Below, one piece after another: positions 37,547 through 46,861 of a stretch of DNA of 62,363 bases. Positions within the stretch are counted from its first letter, which is position 1. Each line of letters begins with the position of its first letter. A model generated the notes under the pieces. The model saw only the letters and a program-made list of their open reading frames with translations. It ran no database searches and had not been told where the DNA came from. Made by a program: the position numbers and the translations under genes. Location of the stretch: the IMG/VR virus record IMGVR_UViG_3300001596_000066; one strand, 5' to 3'. Source of the stretch: an uncultured virus (IMG/VR IMGVR_UViG_3300001596_000066) (taxonomy: Duplodnaviria > Heunggongvirae > Uroviricota > Caudoviricetes).

Positions 37547-39000
37547 CAGAGGCCCGCCAACTTCTTGCGCTTCACGACGCCCGGCTTCGAGGCCAGCACG
37601 CGATATCGGGACTCATCCGCCACATGATCCTCCGCGTCCGTGTCGATATCGTCCGGGTCTTTATCGCTGCGTTCCAACACCGGCACGGTCCTGATGAAGT
37701 GCCGGCAAGTGTCGAAGACGAACAGTCCAGGCTCTTCCATCGGGGCGCCTTCCTCCGTCTTGGCCGCCTTCAGCCGCCGTCGGATGGCTTCCCAGCCCCG
37801 CTTGCGGCTGCCGGGCGACTTATCTGCCGCAACCCACCTCACGCCGTGCCGAGCCTGGATTTCCGCCGGGCTGTCCGCGTTGGTTTCGTCATAGATCGAA
37901 CTGTCAGCCGGGCCGGGCTTCACCCGCGTCGCGATCCCTAGCTGGCCTTCGCGTTCCTTGATACCGCGCGCGATCTCGCTGTCGACCATGCGGCAGCCTT
38001 CGTTGGGCCGCTTGTTCCAGCCGTACCATTCGCCGATGCGGAACAGCGTGCCGCGCGGGAACGATTGCCGCTTGCCGTCGGGCATCTCGGCATCCGTGCC
38101 GTTGCTCTCTGCCCACCAGCCGACCGAGAACGGCTTGGCTGACCCCCAGTCAAATGACCGGTCAATGCGCCACGACAACGGGATATCGAAGTGCGGCAGG
38201 ACATGCCTTTCGCGGTCCCAAACATCGTCAAACATGCCGCCGGCGACCACATCCCAATCACCTTCGAGCCAAGCCTTCCGCTTGTTCGGGTCACTGATGC
38301 TCTTCAGGGTCGCCAGATACTCAGGGTCGCTCTGCAGCAGGATCCGGTTCTCGTAGATCGAGCCGAAGATGGCGACGCGCGCCCGGCCCTCTTTGCCTCG
38401 GATCACCGTCCCGTTCGGCGCCGGATCGATCAGCCGCGCTTTCACCCAGTTGTGGCCGACGCCGTACGGATTGGTCGTCGCTCGATAGCGACGCGGCAAG
38501 CCCGGGGTCGAAGACCGGCACAAGGTCATGAAGTCCTCGTACGGACCGCTGTCAGGCCACTTGGTCAGCTCCTCCCAGCCGATCCACGGGTACTCGTGGC
38601 CGTGATACTTCCAGTAGTCCGCGGCTCGCTTGACCACACGGAAGAGCAGCTCTTCCCCGGTCGGGAACTTCCACTTGTAATCCGCGTTGCTTTCGAGGAA
38701 CCGAGCGCCGGCGAAGATCTGCGGAAACCAGCGCTTCGACTTCGTGACGACGTCGTCGAGATCCTTGTACTCGCGCGCCAGCAGCAGGCCACGCCAAGCC
38801 GATCCAAAGCCCCGGCCAACGTCGCGGGCGAAGTCCATCAGCAGCGTGTCGGTTTTTCCTGGGCCGCGCGTGCCGTGATAGAGGGCTTCGAAAACAGGAC
38901 ACGACAGGAACAGCGATTGCGAGCCGGGCTGCGGCGCCCAGACTATGTTTGGCTGGTGCTCTTGGCCTCTTGCTGTTGCTGCTGCGCTTGCGCCTGCCAT
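37546..39000 (-). CDS. terL: Terminase large subunit
   Basis: GTRGPGKT Walker A, WEELT, ATTNPYGVGHNWVK, FDWG, EDHVADESRY. Confidence 0.95.
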   Translation of the reverse strand: MAGASAAATARGQEHQPNIVWAPQPGSQSLFLSCPVFEALYHGTRGPGKTDTLLMDFARDVGRGFGSAWRGLLLAREYKDLDDVVTKSKRWFPQIFAGARFLESNADYKWKFPTGEELLFRVVKRAADYWKYHGHEYPWIGWEELTKWPDSGPYEDFMTLCRSSTPGLPRRYRATTNPYGVGHNWVKARLIDPAPNGTVIRGKEGRARVAIFGSIYENRILLQSDPEYLATLKSISDPNKRKAWLEGDWDVVAGGMFDDVWDRERHVLPHFDIPLSWRIDRSFDWGSAKPFSVGWWAESNGTDAEMPDGKRQSFPRGTLFRIGEWYGWNKRPNEGCRMVDSEIARGIKEREGQLGIATRVKPGPADSSIYDETNADSPAEIQARHGVRWVAADKSPGSRKRGWEAIRRRLKAAKTEEGAPMEEPGLFVFDTCRHFIRTVPVLERSDKDPDDIDTDAEDHVADESRYRVLASKPGVVKRKKLAGL

Positions 39001-39347
39001 GTCTCCATGTCGGTTGTCGTCGGGGCGACCAGGACGCCGCCTGTGACGTTTGCGTCGACCCTATGGTCAAGTCGCTTGCGGTACTTCTCTGGTCGACGAC
39101 CATTCAGTAGGAAAATCAGCATGGTGTCGCTGGTCTTGGCACGCTCAAGTGCCAGATCCTCTAGCAGGTCGGTGCCGCTCTCAACCGCGTCGTCCCACTC
39201 TTCACAGAACGCCTCGTCATCCTTGCGCCACGCGTAGAGCGCGGTTCGTCCAATGCCCGCCGCCTTTGCTGCTGCGGCCGCACTCAGGCCCTGGCCAAGC
39301 GCCTTGAGAACCTGCCCCCTCTTTTTCTGCGTTCGAATGGTTCGCAT
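38943..39347 (-). CDS. terS: Terminase small subunit
   Basis: HTH AAKAAGIGRTALYAWRK, SDTMLIFLLNGRRPEKYR; directly upstream of terL. Confidence 0.85.
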   Translation of the reverse strand: MRTIRTQKKRGQVLKALGQGLSAAAAAKAAGIGRTALYAWRKDDEAFCEEWDDAVESGTDLLEDLALERAKTSDTMLIFLLNGRRPEKYRKRLDHRVDANVTGGVLVAPTTTDMETWQAQAQQQQQEAKSTSQT

Positions 39348-39543
39348 ACGGCACCGCCGTGGTTGTGAGCCAACGGCCCAGACATCTGCTATACTTAGGG
39401 CGACCAAGCTTCACCAAATGCTCGAGTCGCTGAGGGACCGAAATGCCCCTGGCTGCCCGACGAACACGATACCCGGACAGCGGAGCGCCGACAGGGTTAT
39501 CACTCAAGGGCCCAAGGGCGTCTTGCACTAAGCGAGCGAGGCG

Positions 39544-40602
39544 CTATTCGTCGCCGTCAAGTTCGTCGGTTATCTCGCTCGAGATTGCGCCACCCAGTGC
39601 TTCAGCAAGCGCTTCGATCGATGCTCGGGCCGCTATTGCATCCGGGACGGCTGACCCCGTCTCAACCACCCCCACACTAATCTCAAATATGGCATCAGAG
39701 CGTGCTGGAGCAGCCAGAATTGGGGTGGTCTGACCTTCAAGACCACTTTGAGGAACGGGCACGCCATATGTCATACGGCTGAAGTCGAACGTGGCTTCTG
39801 ATATTGTCTCGACTACCGGCCGTCTTGCACCGCTGCTCGATCTGGCCACGCTTCCTGCGAAGGCAACGCTTAGGCTGACCGGCTCGCCATCACCGGTTTG
39901 AGCTACTGACGAGTTCATGCACGCATAGACCGGCCTGAGCGAGAAATACTGTGGAAGTCTATTGCCTAATACCTCCTGCGTCTCGATCCTGAGCGCAACC
40001 ACCAAACCCGGCGAGTATCCTCTCGCACCATCCGCGAGCGCCGGTCGAGAACTTGTCACGTCCGGGCATAGCGGTTCGCTTCCTTGCGGCGTTTGGCTGC
40101 CGTCAGCTGCACTCTCGGATGATATCTCAACCGCTGGCGCTCTGACCAAAATGAGGCACTTTGCATCGCTCAAGAACTCTCTAGGAATGACGCGAAGGCG
40201 ACCTGCGTGATACCGACTTGTCCCAGCTTCTTGGACTTCCTGTATCTCGTCCGCCAGATAGTCGGCGACGTACGACAAGGTTTGCTGCACCGCAAACCCT
40301 GCTACTGCGGCAATGATCGCCGGCAGGAACCCTTGGATTTCGTCACCTCGGCATAGACTGTAAATCGGCGAATTGTCCGGAAGCACGTCAGGCAGCGAAA
40401 CCGACGATGCAGGGCTTGATGGATCGCTCAGACTGGTAATGTCATCGCCCGCAAGAAAAATGCGGGTGATTTGCTGTCCTTCTACGCCACTTCGACTGTC
40501 CCTTTGAAAATTCGCAGCTGCAAAGTAAGCGCAACCACCTAGCAGTACCGCCGCGCTTGCGGTCGCAACCAGTTTCGGTGTGATCTTCTTGCGGATCGCC
40601 AT
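39544..40602 (-). CDS. Accessory lipoprotein
   Basis: Lipobox LLGGC; 352 aa; lower GC. Confidence 0.65.
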   Translation of the reverse strand: MAIRKKITPKLVATASAAVLLGGCAYFAAANFQRDSRSGVEGQQITRIFLAGDDITSLSDPSSPASSVSLPDVLPDNSPIYSLCRGDEIQGFLPAIIAAVAGFAVQQTLSYVADYLADEIQEVQEAGTSRYHAGRLRVIPREFLSDAKCLILVRAPAVEISSESAADGSQTPQGSEPLCPDVTSSRPALADGARGYSPGLVVALRIETQEVLGNRLPQYFSLRPVYACMNSSVAQTGDGEPVSLSVAFAGSVARSSSGARRPVVETISEATFDFSRMTYGVPVPQSGLEGQTTPILAAPARSDAIFEISVGVVETGSAVPDAIAARASIEALAEALGGAISSEITDELDGDE

Positions 40603-40807
40603 GGTTTATCGCCCCATCAACACTGCCTCACAAGACAATCAACCATAAATCCCGCCAGCACAAGACTAAAAAGTGAAGATTGTGCCGACTACCACATCAT
40701 TTATGTGCACGTTGCCTCGGCCCATAACTCTACCAACTGTCGGAGGTCGCGAAGTTTCGCCCTACCCACCCCCAGTTCAGTACTACAAGCGTTGCGGGCC
40801 ACCGGCC

Positions 40808-41146
40808 CTAGGGTCTCGTAACCTTCTCAATCCAGGCAATCAGATCTGGGTTGTCTCGCCACACCTGCTGAAGCCCAACGGCAAGGGTAGTAACCACCTG
40901 CTCCTCGCCATCTTGGCTTCGTGCGTTGAAGCCCCACCAGACCGCGTGGATCAGCTCGTGAATAACGATCTCGGCCGCTCGGCTCGCTGTCGGAAACGTT
41001 GGCGCCACCAAAATCTCAACATCGACCTGGCTGAATTCGCCGTGGTGATCGGTAGCAACGCGCCATTGCTCGGACTGAACCTTGATCGCCACGTCATGAC
41101 CGGCGACACGAACTGACGAGGGCAGGCCCTCAACCTTGAAAGTCAT
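40808..41146 (-). CDS. Small HExxH metallopeptidase-like phage protein
   Basis: IVIHELIHA...EEQVV. Confidence 0.7.
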   Translation of the reverse strand: MTFKVEGLPSSVRVAGHDVAIKVQSEQWRVATDHHGEFSQVDVEILVAPTFPTASRAAEIVIHELIHAVWWGFNARSQDGEEQVVTTLAVGLQQVWRDNPDLIAWIEKVTRP

Positions 41147-41211
41147 TCGACACTTCGTTTCTCTTTATGCTAGAATAGTTGGTCCTAACTCAGAACCATC
41201 AGGAGGATGCA

Positions 41212-41439
41212 ATGAGTTGGTTCATACCTAGAGACCGAGACGCGTTCACTTGGCCTGACCTTGGCGATGTATCCGACGCCATTGACGAAGTGCCGACCGG
41301 GCTGCTGTTGCCTGCCGTCCAGAAGATCCGGTCTGCATTCAAAGAACCCGACCCTGACATCATTCCCGAGCTCGATGTTGAGTTTGGTTTCGACCCAGAG
41401 CCAGTAACTGTCGTTCTGGAGTACTTCGTGCTCGCCTAG
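41212..41439 (+). CDS. Small acidic protein containing GLLLPAVQK motif
   Basis: AGGAGG RBS; extended -10 TGCTAGAAT upstream. Confidence 0.6.
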   Translation: MSWFIPRDRDAFTWPDLGDVSDAIDEVPTGLLLPAVQKIRSAFKEPDPDIIPELDVEFGFDPEPVTVVLEYFVLA

Positions 41440-41557
41440 ATCAAGAGCACGCGTAGCAATCGTTCCCTAGAGAACTGCGCCAGCGGCGCCGTGTGGTAGA
41501 GCTTGCGGTACTGTTGTGCTACTTTGCTGCGTGATCTTTCTAACTCAGGAGCCTGGG

Positions 41558-41749
41558 ATGTCATTCGCTACAGCGAAAGCTCAATTTCAAGACAACGTTG
41601 ATCGCCACGCACGAGCCCAAGACAATCCCGCTCTGTACAATCTCAGCGCTGGGCTTCTTCAACTGACTCAAGCAATGGAGAGCGAAATTCGGAGTCTGCG
41701 TGACGAGGTCCGTCGATTACGGCACGACGTTCAAGACATTCGGCGGTAG
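41558..41749 (+). CDS. Small coiled-coil protein
   Basis: AGGAG RBS; 63 aa. Confidence 0.55.
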   Translation: MSFATAKAQFQDNVDRHARAQDNPALYNLSAGLLQLTQAMESEIRSLRDEVRRLRHDVQDIRR

Positions 41750-41770
41750 CCAGCTAACCTCGCATCCATC

Positions 41771-41800
41771 AAAAAACCCGGCCGCCGTTTGGCGCCGGGT
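41771..41800 (-). terminator. tR'-like intrinsic terminator at the head of the late operon
   Basis: ACCCGGCGCC...GGCGGCCGGGT then TTTTT on - strand. Confidence 0.75.
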
Positions 41801-41832
41801 CAACATCTAGCCGCACTTCGCGACCTCAACCG

Positions 41833-42375
41833 CTACATACCCGATCTGCTTATTCCTGGCAAGCCAAAATGGTCGGCGAGTGCGCACAACCCCAACCGCA
41901 GGGCAACAATACCGCCAGCCGGATTCTGCCCGGTGCGTTTCGCCCAGGCGCTCGCTGTTCCGTCGGCCAAGCAAACGTGAACCAGGACCGGCGATAGCTG
42001 CTTGCCGGCAGCCTGAAGCGCTGCGCTGAAATCGGCCCACGCATCGGCCCTTCTGCCTTCCGCCTCTTCGTCTCCACCGCGAACGGCGAAGAGATTGGCC
42101 GCGACCACAGGCGAACGGCCCGCGGCAAACCATAGCCGGTAGAGCTTCTCCCCTGCCGCATACTCCCGGCTATCGATATCCCCGCGCTGCGCATACCGAT
42201 CCAACACCCGCTGCGTCATGACCCGCTTGGCGGTGACGCCGGCGACCTCGGTGGGGCTATCGACGATGACGTCGCCATGCTGATAGCGTTGGGCAGGCCC
42301 GTGGTCGGCTTCAAACGTCGGGGCGGGCTTGCGGCGGCGCTTAGCTGCTGCGGCCACCTGAGTCGCCAGTATCAA
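41833..42375 (-). CDS. DUF6456-like protein, probable late regulator (Q position)
   Basis: YAAGEKL...LSPVLVHVC...ALRLGLCALADHFGL. Confidence 0.7.
   Translation of the reverse strand: MILATQVAAAAKRRRKPAPTFEADHGPAQRYQHGDVIVDSPTEVAGVTAKRVMTQRVLDRYAQRGDIDSREYAAGEKLYRLWFAAGRSPVVAANLFAVRGGDEEAEGRRADAWADFSAALQAAGKQLSPVLVHVCLADGTASAWAKRTGQNPAGGIVALRLGLCALADHFGLPGISRSGM
41834..41862 (-). promoter_or_regulatory. Candidate late promoter (pR'-like)
   Basis: TTGCCA-N17-TATGTA within the last codons of the DUF6456 gene. Confidence 0.5.
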
Positions 42376-42559
42376 CCCCCAGGCCGTAACGGTTCAGGCT
42401 CTCAACGCTGACGCGATCAGCCCAAGGCTTCTTTCCTTTCGGCATCATTAGTCCCGCCAACATCCAATCGCGACTAGACCCCGAATGACCGGGCTGATCG
42501 TTGGAATAATCGATGGCTTCCCACCGATCCCCGTCAGAACAAATGGATAAACAAATCAT
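42341..42559 (-). CDS. Hypothetical protein
   Basis: 72 aa; overlaps DUF6456 start. Confidence 0.35.
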   Translation of the reverse strand: MICLSICSDGDRWEAIDYSNDQPGHSGSSRDWMLAGLMMPKGKKPWADRVSVESLNRYGLGVDTGDSGGRSS

Positions 42560-42637
42560 ACCAAAGCACCCTTTCCTTTTTGATCGCCCAATTCTGTACT
42601 TTCTGGGGGCTTAGGCAATGGTGTTCCGCGAACTTTT

Positions 42638-42850
42638 TTAACCATCACCCACCTCCAGATACCCCCGCAACTCCGCCGCATCGGCCGTCAACCGCCCTCC
42701 GACCTGCGGGTTCACGGTCCCGACCCGGTGCGCCGCCCATTCCAGCGTCATGGTGAGCTGGTCGACGAAGGTGCGCGGGATGGTGACGGTCGCCTCCGTC
42801 GAGCCCACCGGCTCCGACCAGGACACATTGGCGGTTGGGTTATTGGCCAT
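42638..42850 (-). CDS. Hypothetical protein
   Basis: Coupled to upstream genes. Confidence 0.5.
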   Translation of the reverse strand: MANNPTANVSWSEPVGSTEATVTIPRTFVDQLTMTLEWAAHRVGTVNPQVGGRLTADAAELRGYLEVGDG

Positions 42851-43100
42851 CACGCCAACCCTTCCGCCAAAGCTCGCGAAGGCTGATCCGGACGCCGACC
42901 AGAGCAAGAAGCCCGAAGCAGAGCGTGGCAACCACTGCGACCGCTATGGCCAAACCAATGCCGGCTATGACCAGCGCAATCGGTATCCAAAGCGGCGACA
43001 GAACCCACCACCACGACCAGTCGATGTTGTCCGTCAGCTTCAGCACCACAAACACGATCAGCAAGACCGTCAGGATGCTCGCGCCGCCACCTCGTGCCAT
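42840..43100 (-). CDS. Small phage membrane protein
   Basis: LIVFVVLKLT..IDWSWWWVLSPLWIP conserved phage motif. Confidence 0.8.
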   Translation of the reverse strand: MARGGGASILTVLLIVFVVLKLTDNIDWSWWWVLSPLWIPIALVIAGIGLAIAVAVVATLCFGLLALVGVRISLRELWRKGWRDGQ

Positions 43101-43169
43101 CACCCAATCTCCTCCGGAACGGGTTTCCAACGGCCGCACTCTGCCACAGCTCGCGCTCCTGAGCTTCCA

Positions 43170-43511
43170 TCACGCCGCCCTCCTTTCCCGCCTCAGCCTG
43201 CGCGCCCGGACCATCTCGATCCGGCTGCGAAGCGTCCAGTTGAACGCGTTGTCGGCGAGGCCGTTGCAATCCGCGCATGCCGGGACCTTGATCAGCAGGC
43301 GTCGATACTGCCGCTTGCTGGGATCTTCGGTCGACCCATCGCCGAACCGTGATGCAGCCAGGCTGACCGGCAGCACGTGATCAATCCCGGTCGCCGCATC
43401 GCCGCAGTAGATGCAGCGTTTGCACCAGCGGAACTTCTTCCGGTACAGCCGACCGACGGCCTTGAGGTTGCAGCGTCGTCGCCATCCCGGCGGCTTGAAC
43501 GGGTTGCCCAT
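43170..43511 (-). CDS. HNH endonuclease-like protein
   Basis: CIYCG...DHVLPVS...VPACADCN. Confidence 0.75.
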   Translation of the reverse strand: MGNPFKPPGWRRRCNLKAVGRLYRKKFRWCKRCIYCGDAATGIDHVLPVSLAASRFGDGSTEDPSKRQYRRLLIKVPACADCNGLADNAFNWTLRSRIEMVRARRLRRERRAA

Positions 43512-44188
43512 CACGCCACGTCTGCCGCCTGCTGGGCTTCGCGGACAGAGGCCCCAACCACCTCCCGCTCAAGCCGGCTCCGAAGTATGCGCCGGTACTC
43601 CGATTTCGACGACAAGATGCGCTCCAGCTCATGCCAGGAAGGCCACCACTTGCCGTCCTTACGCCTGGGCCATTCGGCAAGCGTTTCGCGCACCACGTCG
43701 GCCGGGAACCGCGCCAGCTCGTCGGCATAAGCGGCGACGGTGATTTCCATGTCGACGGCCGACTCAGCCCTAGCCTTGGTCAGCGCCCTGAGCTTCGTCA
43801 GAGCCGCGGCGATTCCAGCTGGAGGCATGGGCGTCATCGCCAATTCAACCATCGCCAGCGCCTTGCGAACGTCTGCACCGGCCAGATCGCCGAACGAGAT
43901 GCGCTCGATCACCCGGTACATCGGCGCGTCATTCGGGAACATTGTCCGGCGATGAACCTCGTGCGGCATAGCGCATTGCTGCCTCAGCGAAGCTTGGAGG
44001 TTCCTGTCGGTGTCGGCCGCCGGCTGCGTGGCCATTTTGGCGAGGGCCGCCTGCCTGACTTCGCTCGTCAGCGTCACGGCGGACCCAGTTTCGCCAGGTG
44101 GCTGGCCAATCAGCTTTGCGGCCAGACTTCCCACCTTTTCCGGCCCAGTAGTCTCGGAATCGTGCCGCGGTTCGGTCGATGTCTGCAT
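43511..44188 (-). CDS. Replication-associated protein (lambda P position; true start probably near 43970)
   Basis: Follows initiator; AYADELARFPADVV...KWWPSWHEL. Confidence 0.6.
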   Translation of the reverse strand: MQTSTEPRHDSETTGPEKVGSLAAKLIGQPPGETGSAVTLTSEVRQAALAKMATQPAADTDRNLQASLRQQCAMPHEVHRRTMFPNDAPMYRVIERISFGDLAGADVRKALAMVELAMTPMPPAGIAAALTKLRALTKARAESAVDMEITVAAYADELARFPADVVRETLAEWPRRKDGKWWPSWHELERILSSKSEYRRILRSRLEREVVGASVREAQQAADVA

Positions 44189-44759
44189 CCGTCAAGCCCT
44201 CGGATTTGGCAAATTTTCGGTCTGTCGGCGACGGCTCCCAGCCGTCTGGCAAGCGGGTTTCACGCTTGGGTGTCGGATTGGCCTTTGGCTCAGGCGAAGC
44301 TTCGGAAGGGGGGGAGACACCCGACAGGGTGTCGGGGGTTATACTAGTAGATAAGGTTTTGGTTGCATCGTCGCGGCGCCCGTCCGGCATACGCTTTGGC
44401 TTTGCCGTGGCGTCTTGCTTTTTCCTTTTTCGCCAGCCACTTGTGGCGCGGTCGCTCTGTTTCTTGCTTTTTTCACGGACCTTATCGCGCACGTTTAGTT
44501 GTCGAAGTTGCTGAAACTCGTTGCGCCTTTTGTTCAGGCGCCAAAACCCCATCACGACGTCGCGGTTTTCGACCCACTCGTCGTCGCTCATGCTGGCCCA
44601 GCGGGCCAACTGACGATCATCGTTCGGTAGCGAGCAGGATGGCCGGCGCCACGCCTCCATCAGCAGCAGCAGATAGGCGCCATGCTGAGCGGCGGTCAGA
44701 TGACGGGTGTCCGCTAGGTAGGCGTCGGTCCAGATGGGCATGGCAGGGTACTCAGCCAT
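43929..44759 (-). CDS. Replication initiator, DUF1376/YdaU N-domain + DnaT-like C-domain
   Basis: DAYLADTRHLTAAQHGAYLLLL; TRLPDGWEPS...FRDYW...DWPATWRNWVR. Confidence 0.85.
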   Translation of the reverse strand: MAEYPAMPIWTDAYLADTRHLTAAQHGAYLLLLMEAWRRPSCSLPNDDRQLARWASMSDDEWVENRDVVMGFWRLNKRRNEFQQLRQLNVRDKVREKSKKQSDRATSGWRKRKKQDATAKPKRMPDGRRDDATKTLSTSITPDTLSGVSPPSEASPEPKANPTPKRETRLPDGWEPSPTDRKFAKSEGLTDADIDRTAARFRDYWAGKGGKSGRKADWPATWRNWVRRDADERSQAGGPRQNGHAAGGRHRQEPPSFAEAAMRYAARGSSPDNVPE

Positions 44760-45321
44760 GGCTCTCTGGGTCGAACTCGACCATGATTTCGGCCGCAAGC
44801 GTGCAGATTTCGTGGCTGGCCTTGAATGGGTCGCGCCAGAGTTCGCTGCCGCTGAAGCGAAGAGGACGATAACCCAGGGCCGTTAGCTCACGATCCCTCT
44901 GCCGGTCCGCAGTCGCTCGAGCCTTATCTACGTTATGCCATTCGTGGCCGTCGCACTCGATGGCCAAGGCCGCTATTCGTTCCTCGTTGTAGGTTATGTA
45001 AACGAGAAAATCGACGCGGTAGGTCCCGACAACAGCTTGAGGCACGAGCATCGCTGCATATCGACGGTAGCGACCAATATGCCCCTTGGCCTTGAGTTCT
45101 GCGAACCGGTCTGGAGCGGCACAGAGGATGTCGACATCCTCGCCGAAAATCTGCTCGCCGAGGCAAAGCATATCTACGGTCAAGGCTAAACCGAAGGCTT
45201 CTTCTATGGGGCTTTCGCAGAAGCGTCGCCACATGCTGACCGCGTGCGTGAAGCGTGATTGGGCCTCGTCAAGGACCGCCTCAAGCGCCTCGTTCTCGAG
45301 ATCCTTAATCCTGTCGTTCAT
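44752..45321 (-). CDS. DUF559/Vsr-like endonuclease
   Basis: ESPIE, YRVDFL, IECDGHEWH, DRQRD, LRFSGSEL. Confidence 0.85.
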   Translation of the reverse strand: MNDRIKDLENEALEAVLDEAQSRFTHAVSMWRRFCESPIEEAFGLALTVDMLCLGEQIFGEDVDILCAAPDRFAELKAKGHIGRYRRYAAMLVPQAVVGTYRVDFLVYITYNEERIAALAIECDGHEWHNVDKARATADRQRDRELTALGYRPLRFSGSELWRDPFKASHEICTLAAEIMVEFDPESHG

Positions 45322-45343
45322 CGGCTATCCTCCGGCCTCCCCA

Positions 45344-45727
45344 TCACGTAGCCCTCCGCCGGCGCAGATACCCAGCCGCGCGCAGAAAGCGAACCTCACG
45401 CGCCGTCAGCCGGTTATTCTTGCCGCCATAGCCGCCGGCGTCTCGCAACGTCTGGATGGCGGCGTCGTATGGCGTCGGCGGCTCGTTGTGCGCTTCGATC
45501 CGGCGATCGCGTGCCATATGGCAGCTGGCACCGTCGCATGCGGTCCTGGCCCCGCTGCGCAGAGACGTCGCCGTGACCAACTTCAAGGCGCCGCACTCGC
45601 AACGGCAGTAGACGCGCGTTTCGCCTCCGCCGCGCCCTCGCCGAGGCTTGGGCGGACCGACACTCAGGACGGCCAGCAGGCCATACTTCTGGCCAACCAT
45701 GTCGGTCCCGATCGTGCGGCGGCCCAT
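45344..45727 (-). CDS. Hypothetical protein with HNH/AP2-associated N-terminal Cys motif
   Basis: GQKYGLLAV...CRCECG...SLRSG..TAC. Confidence 0.6.
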   Translation of the reverse strand: MGRRTIGTDMVGQKYGLLAVLSVGPPKPRRGRGGGETRVYCRCECGALKLVTATSLRSGARTACDGASCHMARDRRIEAHNEPPTPYDAAIQTLRDAGGYGGKNNRLTAREVRFLRAAGYLRRRRAT

Positions 45728-45906
45728 CACGCCGCCTCGCTCTTCGGCACATACGCCACGTAGCAGACCTCGTGATGCTCATCGCAATACGCGCTCTCGT
45801 CCCGCGCAGGCTTGGCGCAGAACAGCTGCGGCGGGTCTTTCGGCCCACCGAGCGGGTATCGGCAGTCGAACGGCCCGAGGTCGCGGAGGGGTTTGGGGTT
45901 GGTCAT
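45727..45906 (-). CDS. 59-aa GcrA C-terminal (sigma-interacting) domain-only protein (not in ORF track)
   Basis: MTNPKPLRDLGPFDCRYPLGGPKDPPQLFCAKPARDESAYCDEHHEVCYVAYVPKSEAA; coupled on both sides. Confidence 0.75.
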   Translation of the reverse strand: MTNPKPLRDLGPFDCRYPLGGPKDPPQLFCAKPARDESAYCDEHHEVCYVAYVPKSEAA

Positions 45907-46484
45907 GCGGCCTCCGGGAACTTGTCGACCTCATCGCCCCACGAATCCCAGCCTGGACGGCGTTGACGCGAGAACAGGTCGAGGTACGGCCCGCCCGCAT
46001 AGGCTTCAATGCGGTCATAGGTTTCGTCTGGCTTACGGCTGTGCTCTCGGCGCGGCGCGACGATTAGTTCGCGCACCGCTTTGGATTTGCGCTTCGGGCT
46101 ACCGCGCCTGCCAAGCAGGCAGAACTCAACGTTCTTGCGCGTCGTGTGGCCCATACCGACATGGAACGAGGCCGGCGACCAATTGCCGTCTGCCGGCGCG
46201 CGCGGGTTCAACTTCGCCCAAGTGAACCCCATCGACGAGTAGCGAAAGACCCACGCCTCGATGACCTCTAGAGCCTGCGGCAGGTTTGGCGTCGTAGACC
46301 ACAGGAAAAGGTGGCAATCGCGGGCCGCTAATTCGACCACCGGGAGCGCCTTGACGTCCGGCAGTCGCATGGTCTCGTAGTGCCGAGAGGCCGACTTGCC
46401 CTCGCCCTTTGGCGAAAACACCTGATAGCGCCATGGCGGGTCGGCCAGGATCACGTTGTACGGTGGGTTCAGGCCATCAAACAT
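45903..46484 (-). CDS. MT-A70 family N6-adenine methyltransferase
   Basis: ADPPW, HYETM, LFLW, EHSRKP, LDLFSR..RPGWDSWG. Confidence 0.92.
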   Translation of the reverse strand: MFDGLNPPYNVILADPPWRYQVFSPKGEGKSASRHYETMRLPDVKALPVVELAARDCHLFLWSTTPNLPQALEVIEAWVFRYSSMGFTWAKLNPRAPADGNWSPASFHVGMGHTTRKNVEFCLLGRRGSPKRKSKAVRELIVAPRREHSRKPDETYDRIEAYAGGPYLDLFSRQRRPGWDSWGDEVDKFPEAA

Positions 46485-46861
46485 CACGCCGCCACCTTCG
46501 CCCGCAACGGCACGCCGGCCTGATGCAGCGCGAACGCCACGTCATCGACCGACCGGCAGCAGTACCAGCGCAGGCCTAGCGACTTGACATCGTGCGCGAA
46601 CTGCTCTTGCTCGCTGCCTAAGCGGCCAGCCTTGGCCTTCAGTTCGATGAACACCACCGGTTCGACGGCCGGCGGCCCAAAAATCACGATGTCAGGGAAG
46701 CCCGGCCGCGCGCCCTTAGCCTTCAGTAGGCCGGCTTCGGTCTTTGTGCGCTTGCCGCCCATATCCACCGTGGACCACACCCAGCCGGTCGGCAGCGCGA
46801 TGGCGAGGTACTCCGCGACCGCGATGTGCAGCGCGTCTTCGGGCTTGTAGCGGCGCCTCAT
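46484..46861 (-). CDS. VRR-NUC nuclease
   Basis: GARPGFPDI...FIELKA..GRLGSEQ. Confidence 0.88.
   Translation of the reverse strand: MRRRYKPEDALHIAVAEYLAIALPTGWVWSTVDMGGKRTKTEAGLLKAKGARPGFPDIVIFGPPAVEPVVFIELKAKAGRLGSEQEQFAHDVKSLGLRWYCCRSVDDVAFALHQAGVPLRAKVAA

Noticed and set aside
40743..41827. 13-bp inverted repeat GAGGTCGCGAAGT flanking three small genes
   Set aside because: Roughly one such match is expected by chance at this spacing; no invertase in the window
42840..43100. Small membrane protein as holin
   Set aside because: Lies in the replication region with no endolysin nearby; no lysis cassette recognised
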